From: Planctomycetota bacterium
GTDB taxonomy: Bacteria > Planctomycetota > UBA1135
NCBI GenBank assembly: GCA_045047305.1
Contig: JASFYO010000028.1
Span: forward strand, 1-24,131
Length of the DNA stretch: 24,131 nt
Direction: 5' to 3'
The translations under genes were made by a program, and so were the position numbers. The notes beneath the pieces were generated by a model. It was not told the origin of the DNA and searched no databases. It saw only the letters and a program-made list of their open reading frames with translations. Below, piece by piece: positions 1 through 9,903 of this stretch (positions within the stretch are counted from its first letter, which is position 1; each line of letters starts with the position of its first letter).

Positions 1-1
1 T

Positions 2-1219
2 GAAAGCCAGCTTGCTAATGCGATTCAAGAGCGTTTGGATCAGGAGATTGCGGGAGAGGAGTCCTCTAAACATTTTTATCTATACATAGAATCGGACACC
101 AGAGTCATTGCCGGCAATTTAAGTCGTTGGCCCCGAGATGTCGAACTCGATGCAAGCGGAGACCCGCAAACGGTAGAACTCGACGCGAAATCGGGAGAAT
201 CTTTAGCGACCGTGTTTCAGCACCGAGCAAGAGTTCGTGTGGAGCTGTTGGGGAATGGTGGCAAGCTATTGGTCGGTCAAAACCTAGAGTCCCAAATCGC
301 TGGTCGTCGAGAGTTGCGTTTTGCGTTGTTTGGTGCAGGGCTCTTTATCCTTTTGCTGGCGATCTCAACCGGGCTGCTTATGAGCCAAAGCCTTTTGCGA
401 CGAGTCGGTGAAATGAACCATACGATCCTTCGGATTTTGAGCGGGAATCCGGAGGAGCGTATGCCTTATAGAAAAAAGGGAGATGAGTTCGATGAACTTG
501 CACACCATTTCGACAAGATGCTAGATGAAAAGGAACGGCTTATTTCCGGAATGCGCGCGATTTCCAACGACATTGCTCACGATCTGCGAACTCCGCTTTC
601 TAGGGTTTTGAACCAAGTGGATTTCGCCCTAGCGAGTGAGCCTGATTTGGGTGTGATGAAGACCACCTTGGAGCAAGTTCGAATAGATACAGTGTCCATT
701 TTGGCGACCTTCCATGAACTTCTTCGGATTGCGCAAATAGAAAGTGGGAGTGTCCGCGCACAAATGGAAAATGTGTGCTTGAACAGCATTCTTGATGAAG
801 CCGTAGAGCTGTACTTGCCGGTGGCCGAGGATTCTGGAATTTCTCTAAGCGTGTACTCTGAACCCTGCTCGGTGCGCGGAAATGCTCAGCTTCTTGCCCA
901 AGCCTGTACCAATCTATTGGATAATGCCATTAAATATGCGTCGCCGCAGGGAGCCGTCAGCGTAGATTTACAATGCGAAGCCGAAGAAGTTGTCCTGTCA
1001 GTCACTGATGACGGCCCTGGGATTCCGGCTGATGAAAGGGACCGCGTTCTCGAAAGGTTTGTTCGCTTAGATGATTCACGAGCCCTTCCAGGCACTGGTT
1101 TAGGTTTAAGTTTTGTGCGTGCCGTGGCTGGCCTGCATGAAGCCCAACTTAGCCTTGAAGACGCAAAGCCAGGGCTAAGGGTGCGCCTGCGTTTCCAGCC
1201 GGTTGAACCGCCGGAATAG
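2..1219 (+). CDS. Two-component sensor histidine kinase (TM-HAMP-HisKA-HATPase), 5'-truncated by the window edge
   Basis: Frame is open from base 2. TM segment, HAMP (GDEFDELAHHFDKML), H-box IAHDLRTPL, N-box NLLDNAIKY, G1 DDGPGI, G2 GTGLGL. Confidence 0.93.
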   Translation, partial: ESQLANAIQERLDQEIAGEESSKHFYLYIESDTRVIAGNLSRWPRDVELDASGDPQTVELDAKSGESLATVFQHRARVRVELLGNGGKLLVGQNLESQIAGRRELRFALFGAGLFILLLAISTGLLMSQSLLRRVGEMNHTILRILSGNPEERMPYRKKGDEFDELAHHFDKMLDEKERLISGMRAISNDIAHDLRTPLSRVLNQVDFALASEPDLGVMKTTLEQVRIDTVSILATFHELLRIAQIESGSVRAQMENVCLNSILDEAVELYLPVAEDSGISLSVYSEPCSVRGNAQLLAQACTNLLDNAIKYASPQGAVSVDLQCEAEEVVLSVTDDGPGIPADERDRVLERFVRLDDSRALPGTGLGLSFVRAVAGLHEAQLSLEDAKPGLRVRLRFQPVEPPE

Positions 1220-1229
1220 AGCACCATGC

Positions 1230-1439
1230 CTAGTCTTCGCGGAATTCCTCGAGCCAACTCATTTGAATGGCTTCGAGGATCTTTTCATTGCACTTGTCGC
1301 GTTCCCCAACAAATCCGGGGAGCGCCAAGACCTTGTCAATCAAGTCGGTGAAGCGAATCGCGAGCGGATCGAAGTTCGGTTCGGCTTGCCACAAGGCGTA
1401 ACCGATATCGTCGATGCTGGACCATTGAAGTTCATCCAT
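1230..1439 (-). CDS. iscX: Fe-S cluster assembly protein IscX (YfhJ)
   Basis: 69 aa from the ATG at 1439: LQWSSIDDIG...DPLAIRFTDL...CNEKILEAIQMSWLEE. Last gene of the isc operon, directly after fdx. Confidence 0.92.
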   Translation of the reverse strand: MDELQWSSIDDIGYALWQAEPNFDPLAIRFTDLIDKVLALPGFVGERDKCNEKILEAIQMSWLEEFRED

Positions 1440-1444
1440 GACGC

Positions 1445-1795
1445 TTACTCCTTCACCAAGTTGCGATTCCAAGATGGGATCTCCACCACTAAATCCTGGC
1501 TTCCATCGGGCACGGCCTGACAAGCGAGTCGGCTTTTCAGAGTTAAGCCCGGCGCGCTGTCGAGCATATCCTCTTCGTCGTCGCTAGCTTCAGGAATCGA
1601 ATCGCCGCCTTCTTGCACAATGACGTGGCAAGTGGAGCATGCTGCAATGCCACCGCATGCATGGTCGATGCCGACGTCGGCGTCGAGCGCGATTTGCAAC
1701 AGTCCACCACGCAGGCCGTCGCGTGGTTCTTGAAGGGAGTCAGGGTCAACCTCTACGGTTTTGCCCATAGGCTGAAAGGTAATGTGGTAGGTCAT
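1445..1795 (-). CDS. fdx: ISC-type [2Fe-2S] ferredoxin
   Basis: HACGGIAACSTCHV...SRLACQ adrenodoxin-type cysteine pattern. ATGA overlap with hscA. Confidence 0.95.
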   Translation of the reverse strand: MTYHITFQPMGKTVEVDPDSLQEPRDGLRGGLLQIALDADVGIDHACGGIAACSTCHVIVQEGGDSIPEASDDEEDMLDSAPGLTLKSRLACQAVPDGSQDLVVEIPSWNRNLVKE

Positions 1796-3690
1796 TCGTC
1801 GATGAGTTCGGAGACTTTGCGATTACGCACTGCTTCGGTGGCCACTTGATTCATTAAAAGTTCGGCAAGTGGATTGGCGGCTTCTTCGAGTTCGTCGAGA
1901 ATGCCCTTCAGCGGCCCTGGCTCGGTGATGTGATCGATCTCTTCCGCATCCTCAAAGGCATCTTCTAAGCGCTCTAGCGCCGTTGCATCCATGCGCTCCC
2001 GCGCGATGTCCAGGTGCTTGGCGACTGCATGGCGCACATTCTTCAGTTGCCCGCGCAAATCCCTGGCGCGACGTGTCACCAAATCCTCCTCTGCGTTTTC
2101 CCATGCATCGGCCAGCATCGTTTCCACTTCCGAGTCGGTGAGGCCATGCTTTGGTGTCACTACAGTTTCCGCTGCGACGCCGCTGCGTTCTTCCATCGCG
2201 CGTACATGCAGAACTCCATCGGCGTCTAGGTTGAAGCGCACACCGATTTGAGGCAAACCAGCTGGCTGCGGTGGGATGCCGCGCAAAACGAATTCGCCTA
2301 AAGTGCGGCAGTCCTTAGCAAGTTCGCGTTCACCCTGCACGATGGTGAACTTCACGGCGGACTGGCCGTCGACAAAGGTAGTGAAGCCTTCTTTCGCTTG
2401 CGCGGGAATCGAGGAGTTGCGGTTAATCAACTTCGAGACCGTGCCTTCGGCGGTTGCGATGCCTAGCGACAGCGGTGTGACATCAAGCAACAAGGCGTTA
2501 CGTACGGAGCCGCCGAGAACGCCTGCTTGAATCGCGGCGCCGAGTGCCACCACTTGATCGGGATCGAGTTCATCGTTCGCGGGTTGGCCAAAGAACTGCG
2601 CGACGGCAGCCTTCACCAGGGGGACGCGGGTCGATCCGCCGACTAAAAGTACATCGGAAATGTCTTCGGGGGTGACTCCGGCGTCTTGCAGGGCGAGTGC
2701 GCATCCATTCAAGGTGCGTTGCACTAGTGGCGTAATCCAAGTTTGGAACAAACGCCAATCAATTTCTTTGCGGTAGGCAATGCCTGCGGATGGATCGTGG
2801 TAAACGAATTCAGCAGATTCTGCAGCGGACAAAGCTTTCTTGGTCTTCTCCGCGATTAAACGCAGCGCAGTACGAGCGGCGGCATCTGCCAAGACATCGA
2901 TACCCGACTGTTGTTGGATTTCGGCTGCAACTTGCACCATGATGGCGCGGTCAAAATCATCACCGCCGAGATGGGTGTCCCCGGAAGTAGCAAGCACGCG
3001 AAACACACCCTCTTGCAGTTCTAGAACGCTTACATCAAAAGTACCTCCGCCGAGATCAAAGATGACAACTCGCGCGGCTTCCTTTTTGTCTAAACCATAG
3101 GCCAAAGCTGCAGCAGTTGGCTCCGACACCATACGCATGACTTCCAGTCCTGCAAGTTGCGCGGAGCGTCGGGTGGCTTGACGTTGCGCGTCGTCGAAGT
3201 AAGCAGGAACCGTGATGACCACGCGCTTTAATCGTTCGGCCGGAAGTTTTAGCTGTGCCACGGCGCGATCGCGACATGCTGCGAGTATTTGCGCACAGAC
3301 TTCTTGTGGCGTGATGAGGCGATCACCCAAATCGATCTTCACCATCTCGCGGTCTTCCGACTCCACCAAGTCATAAGGTAAGGTGGATTGCAGGGCCACT
3401 AGATCCTGTAGGCCTCGTCCGATTAACCGCTTGGCAGAAAAAATGGTGCGCTTAGGGTCGAGGCGCGAGCGTTCGATGGCGGCGCGGCCAACCACGGGGG
3501 CGCCATCTTGGGGATAACTCACCACCGATGGGAGTAGTGGATCGCCATCTTCCGCGCATAAAACACGGGCCTCGCCATGCTGAAACACCGCAACCAAACT
3601 GTGCGTGGTACCAAGGTCGATGCCGAGGATGGGGTCAGCCTCGGTGTCGGACGGAGTGGAGTCTTGCCCGTAAATAGGGAGCTCAATCAT
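1792..3690 (-). CDS. hscA: Fe-S protein assembly Hsp70 chaperone HscA
   Basis: GIDLGTT, TVPAYFDDAQRQAT, DLGGGTFDVS and LLLDVTPLSLG Hsp70 motifs. Lies between hscB and fdx. Confidence 0.93.
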   Translation of the reverse strand: MIELPIYGQDSTPSDTEADPILGIDLGTTHSLVAVFQHGEARVLCAEDGDPLLPSVVSYPQDGAPVVGRAAIERSRLDPKRTIFSAKRLIGRGLQDLVALQSTLPYDLVESEDREMVKIDLGDRLITPQEVCAQILAACRDRAVAQLKLPAERLKRVVITVPAYFDDAQRQATRRSAQLAGLEVMRMVSEPTAAALAYGLDKKEAARVVIFDLGGGTFDVSVLELQEGVFRVLATSGDTHLGGDDFDRAIMVQVAAEIQQQSGIDVLADAAARTALRLIAEKTKKALSAAESAEFVYHDPSAGIAYRKEIDWRLFQTWITPLVQRTLNGCALALQDAGVTPEDISDVLLVGGSTRVPLVKAAVAQFFGQPANDELDPDQVVALGAAIQAGVLGGSVRNALLLDVTPLSLGIATAEGTVSKLINRNSSIPAQAKEGFTTFVDGQSAVKFTIVQGERELAKDCRTLGEFVLRGIPPQPAGLPQIGVRFNLDADGVLHVRAMEERSGVAAETVVTPKHGLTDSEVETMLADAWENAEEDLVTRRARDLRGQLKNVRHAVAKHLDIARERMDATALERLEDAFEDAEEIDHITEPGPLKGILDELEEAANPLAELLMNQVATEAVRNRKVSELIDE

Positions 3691-4223
3691 GATTGAAACA
3701 GGAAGGAAACGCGCAGGCCATCGAGTGTGCGCTGCAGGTAAATCGCTTCAGTCAGCTGTGCACGCAGCGGGGTGAGCGTGCCGGGGCAGAAGTCAGCCTC
3801 CTTCCAAGCACGGAAGGAGCTCTTGAGGCCGTCGACGCGTTGGTCGATGTCGGCTTGGATGCGTGCACGCATTTTCCCGATGCGGTCGGGGTCTTGGCTC
3901 TGCTGCACCATGTCGGCCTCTTCCTTTAGTTCCATCATCTGCATGAGAAAGGCTGGAGAAGAGGTTTGATCGGTGCCTTCGCCTAATGCAAAACCGGAAA
4001 GCGCGAGCAGGGTTTCCGCACGGCGCAAGGGATGCGACAGCATGGCGAAGGCTTGGTTTAAGTCCGCCATATGTGCTTCAGCTTTATCGCGTTCCTCCAC
4101 CGAGGCCATCGCAAACCGATCGGGATGCCATTGCAGGCTCGCCTTAATCAACGCACCACGCAAAACGCAGTCGTCGAGGTCAAACCCGCGCGGCAGGTTG
4201 AGGAGCTGGAATGGATCGAGCAC
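3687..4223 (-). CDS. hscB: Fe-S assembly co-chaperone HscB (J-domain)
   Basis: J-domain WHPDRF, LNQAFAMLSHPLRRAETLL, FLMQMMELKE. Operon position. Confidence 0.92.
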   Translation of the reverse strand: MLDPFQLLNLPRGFDLDDCVLRGALIKASLQWHPDRFAMASVEERDKAEAHMADLNQAFAMLSHPLRRAETLLALSGFALGEGTDQTSSPAFLMQMMELKEEADMVQQSQDPDRIGKMRARIQADIDQRVDGLKSSFRAWKEADFCPGTLTPLRAQLTEAIYLQRTLDGLRVSFLFQS

Positions 4224-4243
4224 GGCAGGCTCAACGAAGGAAA

Positions 4244-4597
4244 TTAAACCGAGAACGATTCACCGCAGCCGCAAGAGCTGGAGGCGTTCGGGTTGATGAA
4301 CTGAAACCCTTTGCCTTGAAGGCCGCTGGTGTATTCCAAAGTGGTACCGCTGAGGTACAGCATGGACTTTGGATCGCAGAACAGGCGGACATCTTCGAAT
4401 TCAAAAATCTCATCGCCGTCGGCGGGAGCTGGATCGAAGTTCAAGGTGTAAGTAAAACCGGAGCAACCACCACCTTTCACTCCAACGCGTACGCCAGAGG
4501 TTGCCGGGAGGTCGTTCTCTTTGATTAAGCGCTTGACCTCGGCAATAGCCGTTTCAGTCATGACAATGCGCGTATCTTGGGTTTTCGTTTCAGACAT
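4244..4597 (-). CDS. iscA: A-type Fe-S carrier IscA (HesB family)
   Basis: GVKGGGCSGF and C-terminal CGCGESF. Confidence 0.95.
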   Translation of the reverse strand: MSETKTQDTRIVMTETAIAEVKRLIKENDLPATSGVRVGVKGGGCSGFTYTLNFDPAPADGDEIFEFEDVRLFCDPKSMLYLSGTTLEYTSGLQGKGFQFINPNASSSCGCGESFSV

Positions 4598-4599
4598 TT

Positions 4600-4980
4600 C
4601 TACTTCTCCTGCTTGCTCTGATAATCAGCAAGCGCTTGCTTGATGGCATCTTCTGCCAGCACAGAACAGTGAATCTTCACCGGAGGCAAGGCCAGTTCTT
4701 CGACGATATCCACGTTGCGGATTTCGGTGGCCTCTTCTACGGTTTTGCCTTTCAACCACTCCGTTGCAAGGCTGGATGACGCAATCGCGGACCCACACCC
4801 AAAGGTTTTGAACTTGGCTTCCTTAATCACTCCGTCTTCCACTTGGATTTGGAGTTTCATGACATCGCCGCACTCAGGAGCGCCAACAATGCCGGTGCCG
4901 ACGTCATCGGCATCCTTATCTAAAGACCCAACGTTGCGCGGGTTTTCGTAGTGATCAATGACTTTGTCGCTGTAGACCAT
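4600..4980 (-). CDS. iscU: Fe-S scaffold IscU
   Basis: YENPRNVG, GAPECGDVM, FGCGSAIASSS, LPPVKIHCS (HscA-binding LPPVK). Confidence 0.97.
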   Translation of the reverse strand: MVYSDKVIDHYENPRNVGSLDKDADDVGTGIVGAPECGDVMKLQIQVEDGVIKEAKFKTFGCGSAIASSSLATEWLKGKTVEEATEIRNVDIVEELALPPVKIHCSVLAEDAIKQALADYQSKQEK

Positions 4981-4983
4981 GAT

Positions 4984-6213
4984 TTAGTGTCCACTCCATT
5001 GGACCGTGGAGAGGTCGATGCCTTCCATCGCCATCTCGTAAAGGGGAGACATTGCGCGCAACTTGTTAACCGTTGCGATAGTGAGGTCAGCGGCGTGATC
5101 CACTTCTTCCTCGGTGGTGAAACGCCCGACGCTAAAGCGAATCGAGCTATGGGCAAGTTCATCGCCAACACCCAGTGCGCGTAGCACATAGGAGGGCTCC
5201 AAACTTGCCGAGGTGCATGCCGAACCGGAGCTGACTGCAATGCCGTGCATGCCCATCAACATGGATTCGCCTTCCACAAAAGCGAAGCTCAAGTTGAGGT
5301 TGCAGGCGAGGCGAGCATTTTCATCGCCGTTTAAATGCACGTGATCGAGCGCATCGGTTAGACGCTTTTGCAGGCGGTCGCGCATGCCGGCGACAAACTT
5401 CTGCTCGCCTTCGCGGTCTTCCAAGCACAACTCCAGCGCTTTGGCGAATCCGACAATGCCAGGAACATTCAAGGTGCCAGAGCGCGCGCCACGTTCATGC
5501 CCACCGCCGTGTTGGACGGGCTCTAGACGCACACGTGGATTGCGGCGACGTACATACAAAATGCCCACGCCTTTTGGACCGTACATTTTGTGCGCCGATG
5601 CCGACAGCAGGTCGATATTCATTTCCTGCACATCGATGGCTTCTTTGCCAAGAGTTTGGGTGGCGTCGGTGTGAAAGAGAGTGCCTTTTTCACGGCAAAT
5701 CGCACCAATCTCGGCAACCGGATGGATGGTGCCGATTTCGTTATTACCGTGCATGATGCTGACCAGCACGGTGTCCTCGCGGATTGTGGAGCGGAGTTCC
5801 TCTAAGTCGATGTGGCCCTTGGCATCGACACCAAGAATCGTGATATCCCAGCCTTCCTTGCCGAGGTACTGCGCTGGATCCAAAATCGCCTTGTGCTCGG
5901 TGGAGCATGTGATGATGTGCTTGCCCTTCGGCTTGTACATCCGTGCGACACCCAGAATGGCGAGGTTATTGGATTCGGTTGCGCCGGAAGTGAAAACGAT
6001 TTCACGCGCGGAAGCGCCAATGCCAGAGGCAATCGACTTACGTGCTTCATCGACACCTTTTTCCGCATCCCATCCAAAGGAGTGGTTGCGCGAAGCGGCG
6101 TTGCCGAAGGTTTCCCGAAAATAGGGGAGCATGGCATCTAATACCCGCGGATCCACCGGGGTGGTCGCTTGGTAATCGAGATAGACCAAAGGCTCGTTGG
6201 AGGAGTCAGACAT
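4984..6213 (-). CDS. iscS: Cysteine desulfurase IscS (PLP-dependent)
   Basis: [31 protein letters not shown] (PLP Lys), SSGSACTS (catalytic Cys), C-terminal MSPLYEM...W. Confidence 0.97.
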   Translation of the reverse strand: MSDSSNEPLVYLDYQATTPVDPRVLDAMLPYFRETFGNAASRNHSFGWDAEKGVDEARKSIASGIGASAREIVFTSGATESNNLAILGVARMYKPKGKHIITCSTEHKAILDPAQYLGKEGWDITILGVDAKGHIDLEELRSTIREDTVLVSIMHGNNEIGTIHPVAEIGAICREKGTLFHTDATQTLGKEAIDVQEMNIDLLSASAHKMYGPKGVGILYVRRRNPRVRLEPVQHGGGHERGARSGTLNVPGIVGFAKALELCLEDREGEQKFVAGMRDRLQKRLTDALDHVHLNGDENARLACNLNLSFAFVEGESMLMGMHGIAVSSGSACTSASLEPSYVLRALGVGDELAHSSIRFSVGRFTTEEEVDHAADLTIATVNKLRAMSPLYEMAMEGIDLSTVQWSGH

Positions 6214-6650
6214 CAGACAGCGTAGTTATCTTCTTGCAGGGTAGCCTGCTGATTGGAGCCCGCCAGTTCGGCTAGGCTGTAAGTATCGAGCACCGATTTG
6301 ATGCGTTGCGCTACTACGTGAATCCCACTTTGAATGGTGCAGGAAGGGGAGAGGTCGCAACGCCCACCGTCGGTGCATTCGGCAACCTTGACCGGCCCTT
6401 CAAGGATTTCGACCACCCGAGCTAGGCTGAGGTCTTCTGGGGGCTGAGTCAGGCGATATCCACCGCCAGGGCCGCGTACAGCTTCAACTAGATTGGCCCG
6501 TGAGAGCTCTTTCAGCACCTCGGCCAAAAGGCGGCGTGGAACACCCAGATCGGACACAATCGACTTTACGCTGGTGTAAGCATCACCAGATTGCGCCATG
6601 TAGGCTAAAGCCATCAGGCCGTATTCGGATCGTTTGGTCAGTCGGAGCAC
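6213..6650 (-). CDS. iscR: Rrf2-family transcriptional regulator (IscR-like). Start is probably the GTG at 6650; the ATG at 6665 is the alternative.
   Basis: (M)[11 protein letters not shown]...RGPGGGYRL winged-HTH and three Cys ([14 protein letters not shown]). First gene of the isc operon. TGATG overlap with iscS. Confidence 0.85.
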   Translation of the reverse strand: MLRLTKRSEYGLMALAYMAQSGDAYTSVKSIVSDLGVPRRLLAEVLKELSRANLVEAVRGPGGGYRLTQPPEDLSLARVVEILEGPVKVAECTDGGRCDLSPSCTIQSGIHVVAQRIKSVLDTYSLAELAGSNQQATLQEDNYAV

Positions 6651-6698
6651 ACCGTAATTTAGCATGCTTTTAGTGCTCTTTAAAGTGGAAAGCTCAGA

Positions 6699-7139
6699 TT
6701 ATCTCTTACGCCGACGCCCTTTTTTGTCCGCTGCAACCTTTTCCATGATCTCCAGGAAGGCCTCAGGCAAGATATGGGGTTTCTTCGTATCTCGTGTGAC
6801 ACAAGCAAGTTCCACCTCTCCAGTAGCACATAATCGTTGCGATTCTTGCTCGAAAACTTCAAATCCATAGCGGATGGTGGTGCGCGACCAGGCGGCAATG
6901 CTGGTGCGGACAATGGCGATTTCATCAAAGCGCAGGCCGTCACGATAACGGCATGTGGCCTCGGTGACGGGCAGCATAAGGCCCAAAACCTCTTCCATAT
7001 CACGGTAGGAGAAGCCCTGGGACCGCGCCCATTCAGTGCGACCCATTTCGAATAAATCCAGATACCGGCTGTAGTACAGCACGCCCATCTGGTCGATATC
7101 GCGGTAGAGGATGCGGTAAGGAGAGTCTTGAGCGACCAT
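6699..7139 (-). CDS. Acyl-CoA thioesterase, YbgC/FadM hotdog family
   Basis: YRDIDQMGVLYYSRYLDLFEMGRTEW motif. Confidence 0.9.
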   Translation of the reverse strand: MVAQDSPYRILYRDIDQMGVLYYSRYLDLFEMGRTEWARSQGFSYRDMEEVLGLMLPVTEATCRYRDGLRFDEIAIVRTSIAAWSRTTIRYGFEVFEQESQRLCATGEVELACVTRDTKKPHILPEAFLEIMEKVAADKKGRRRKR

Positions 7140-7145
7140 TGTTAG

Positions 7146-7151
7146 ATTCTA
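7146..7151 (-). promoter_or_regulatory. -10 element (TAGAAT) 6 nt upstream of the thioesterase ATG, leaderless-type
   Basis: Minus strand reads TAGAAT-CTAACA-ATG, with no Shine-Dalgarno. Confidence 0.55.
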
Positions 7152-7193
7152 GGCGTAGCGCTTGCCCCTCACATCTGAGACAATCTCCGCTTC

Positions 7194-8039
7194 ATGCCAA
7201 ACTCCCTGGCTCCAGATTCAAGCACGCGCGAGCGCATCATGGCGGCGGTCGGGTATTCCATCCTGATTCCCGGCCTTGGACACCTATTAGGCGGACGTCG
7301 TGGATGGGCGCTGTTTTGGTTTGCGACTTGTCAGATCACGCTGGTTCTCGGCCTTATCCTGGCTGGGTTCTCGCAGCTAGATTACGGTCGCAGCTTTGGC
7401 ATTGGCGATACCGATCTCATCCATTTCCTGATTCCAGAGGGTGGTAATTTTTTAGTGACGCAACTGCTGGCGCGCTTTTACGACAGCCTGGAATACGGCG
7501 GGGATTATCCCGATGCCTACCCTTTGCGTAACCTAGGTTTTCTGCTTTCCGGCATGTCTGGTGTGCTCGCTATATTTGGTGCGGCGCATGCTGCTGGCCA
7601 AGCCATCGCGGTAGGGCATCCAGTGCGTTCCACCATGGAAGTGAAGCCGATCAATCCTGGTCGCGCTGCCCTGTGGACCTTGTTGCTGCCTGGCCTTGGG
7701 CATTGGAAGACTGGGCGTAAATTTAAGGCCATTTTGCTCGGTTCCTGCATCCTAGGTTTGTTCTTTCTTGGTATGGCCCTTGGGGATTTCGCTGACTTCA
7801 ATCGCGAGCGCCATCCTTATTACTGGGTGGGGCAGATGTTTATTGGGGCTCCTGGCTGGCTGACTTCACTCATAGTCAGTGGCCGCAACTTCCATGCAGT
7901 GATGCCATACCAAGACGCCGGTTTATTGTTTACCACCTCTGCCGGATTCTTCAACGTGATTGTCGCGCTCGATGCGTTTCATCGCGCGGAAGATGATTGG
8001 CTGTCAGCAGGTGCGAAACCGAAGGAGGACCAGTCATGA
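7194..8039 (+). CDS. Integral membrane protein with two tandem PGLGH-containing domains (DUF6677-like)
   Basis: ILIPGLGHLLGGRR and LLLPGLGHWKTGRK each begin a hydrophobic repeat. The family name is recalled, not searched. Confidence 0.7.
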   Translation: MPNSLAPDSSTRERIMAAVGYSILIPGLGHLLGGRRGWALFWFATCQITLVLGLILAGFSQLDYGRSFGIGDTDLIHFLIPEGGNFLVTQLLARFYDSLEYGGDYPDAYPLRNLGFLLSGMSGVLAIFGAAHAAGQAIAVGHPVRSTMEVKPINPGRAALWTLLLPGLGHWKTGRKFKAILLGSCILGLFFLGMALGDFADFNRERHPYYWVGQMFIGAPGWLTSLIVSGRNFHAVMPYQDAGLLFTTSAGFFNVIVALDAFHRAEDDWLSAGAKPKEDQS

Positions 8040-8236
8040 CCAATCCCCTTGTCATGCTTTTGTTGCTGGTGGTATTCAGCTTGGTGCTTGCCTCGGTCCT
8101 GAGTTGCTTTCGTGAGGACGCTACCTCCGACATCATGCGTGGCATCGCGCGCCGCGCCGCAGTATTTTTCTCTGCGGTGGTTGGCTTTGCAGCGCTGGCT
8201 TACTTTGTCAGCGGCTTCGTGTTATTCCCGGCATAG
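8036..8236 (+). CDS. Small two-TM membrane protein (66 aa)
   Basis: GAAGGAGG SD, ATGA overlap with the upstream gene, two hydrophobic helices. Confidence 0.75.
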   Translation: MTNPLVMLLLLVVFSLVLASVLSCFREDATSDIMRGIARRAAVFFSAVVGFAALAYFVSGFVLFPA

Positions 8237-9903
8237 CCGAGTTCCGCTAAACGCGCCGCGGTCCATGGATCGATAGACGCATCTTGTCCTGGGCTACCTA
8301 ATCCGCTGAAGGGTAGATCCACCCAAGCATTTTTCTGTGAGTCCCAGCGCCGCCCACCCGTTGGTGCCCGATATAACGGATAAGCACTTTGTACCGTTCG
8401 GTTCGCCAGAGCCGATGTGCCTAGCGCCGATGGCGGAAGTTGATTTGGGATTTGCAGCTGTTCCAAAAGATAGGTGCCGAGGTGATGCGCAGGAACTTTT
8501 GTGCGGATGGTTTCTGCTTTAGCCGACGTCCCGTTGAGGAAAGCCAGAGGAACATGAGTCACGCTGTTATCGAAGTCGAAGCCATGTTCAAAGCCGCCGG
8601 CATCCCAGTGTTCTTCGCCATGGTCGGCGTAAATTAAAATGCGGCAATCTGGAGAGGAAGCACGGAGCTCGGTGATCAAACGTTGGAGTTCGGTATCTAG
8701 CTCTACCACTGCATCGCGGTAAGCGCGACGCACAGAATCGCGTTCCTCGGCGCTAAAGTCGAAGAAGGCGACGCGTTTTTCCGGACTCACGTCGAGTGCA
8801 AAGAAGTCCTCGACATCGCGGGAATCGAGTGCGGCAACTTTTGCGTTGGGCAGGTGCGGGGTCATGAAATGCAACATGAGGAAGCGGCTGCGGTTCGCGT
8901 TTTGTGCCCACCAACGAGTTGCAGGGGTGAAGTTGGCCGCACTGCGGTCAGCAGTACGTTGGTAGATTTCAAAGCCACGGTTCAAGCCGGTCCAGGCTTC
9001 CATAAACGGATTTTGATGCAGCGCGGCAGTTGCATAGCCAGCATTGCGCATGGCTTCGGCGATGGTCGGGACTTGATTGAGACTGCGGAAGTCACGCGCT
9101 GCTAGGCCACCGCTAGCTTGTGCAGGGAAGGGACCACGTCCGCAGCCATGTTCGCTGGGATCAAGACCAGTCAGTAAAGACGCCATCGATGGGAGAGTCC
9201 AGTTGGTTGGTACATAAGCTTGCTCCCATATCATGCCTTCCGCCATCAGCGATTGGAGGTAAGGCATGTTCTGCACGGCGTCGTAACGCAAAGTGTCGAG
9301 GGTAAGCAGGATGACGTCGGGCATCGTCGCGGCTTGCTTCGGTGCCAATGTCGGACGTTGCCATGCAAGTTCTCCTGCGGAGCGCGTGGCCATGCCGGGC
9401 GTTGACAAGCGCGAGGAAAACACCAGAACTCCAGCTGTTTTTGGCACCTCTACGAGCAAGTCAAACCAAGTATCTGTTTCTGCTGTCAGCGTCACGAACC
9501 CCAAGGACTGCAAGCCAAGCTCGTCGTCCCAAAACACTTCGCTACGGATTTCGCCGTCTTCACTTTGCTCCGCTCGACGCACGGCGGTAGTTAAAACCCG
9601 AGCCTCTTGACTGGCGCCGAGTGCAATCGAAAAGCGCGAAGGAGTAGAGGCATAAATCGCTGGGCGGGTATCACCCAAGATTTCTGGAGCATCCACGGAC
9701 CAAGCTGGTTGGCCAAACCACGATGTAATCCAACTACTTTCAGCATCTGCAATCTGACCTAAAACAACCGTGCAATCTTCAGCATGGAAATGCCTGATTT
9801 CCGCTTCCATCAATTGGTCGGCCGTTGCTTCTCCTCTACCACAAGACAAAACCGAAACCGATAAGGCAAGTAGTGCAAGGGGAATGGGGGGGCGGCAATT
9901 CAT
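8200..9903 (-). CDS. Sulfatase-like (alkaline phosphatase superfamily) lipoprotein
   Basis: Signal peptide with lipobox VLSC. DVILLTLDTLRYD, WTLPSMASLLTG, HFMTPHLP, ADHGE, FEHG, C-terminal LAELGY. ATGA overlap with the dprA stop fixes the start at 9903. Confidence 0.85.
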   Translation of the reverse strand: MNCRPPIPLALLALSVSVLSCGRGEATADQLMEAEIRHFHAEDCTVVLGQIADAESSWITSWFGQPAWSVDAPEILGDTRPAIYASTPSRFSIALGASQEARVLTTAVRRAEQSEDGEIRSEVFWDDELGLQSLGFVTLTAETDTWFDLLVEVPKTAGVLVFSSRLSTPGMATRSAGELAWQRPTLAPKQAATMPDVILLTLDTLRYDAVQNMPYLQSLMAEGMIWEQAYVPTNWTLPSMASLLTGLDPSEHGCGRGPFPAQASGGLAARDFRSLNQVPTIAEAMRNAGYATAALHQNPFMEAWTGLNRGFEIYQRTADRSAANFTPATRWWAQNANRSRFLMLHFMTPHLPNAKVAALDSRDVEDFFALDVSPEKRVAFFDFSAEERDSVRRAYRDAVVELDTELQRLITELRASSPDCRILIYADHGEEHWDAGGFEHGFDFDNSVTHVPLAFLNGTSAKAETIRTKVPAHHLGTYLLEQLQIPNQLPPSALGTSALANRTVQSAYPLYRAPTGGRRWDSQKNAWVDLPFSGLGSPGQDASIDPWTAARLAELGYAGNNTKPLTK

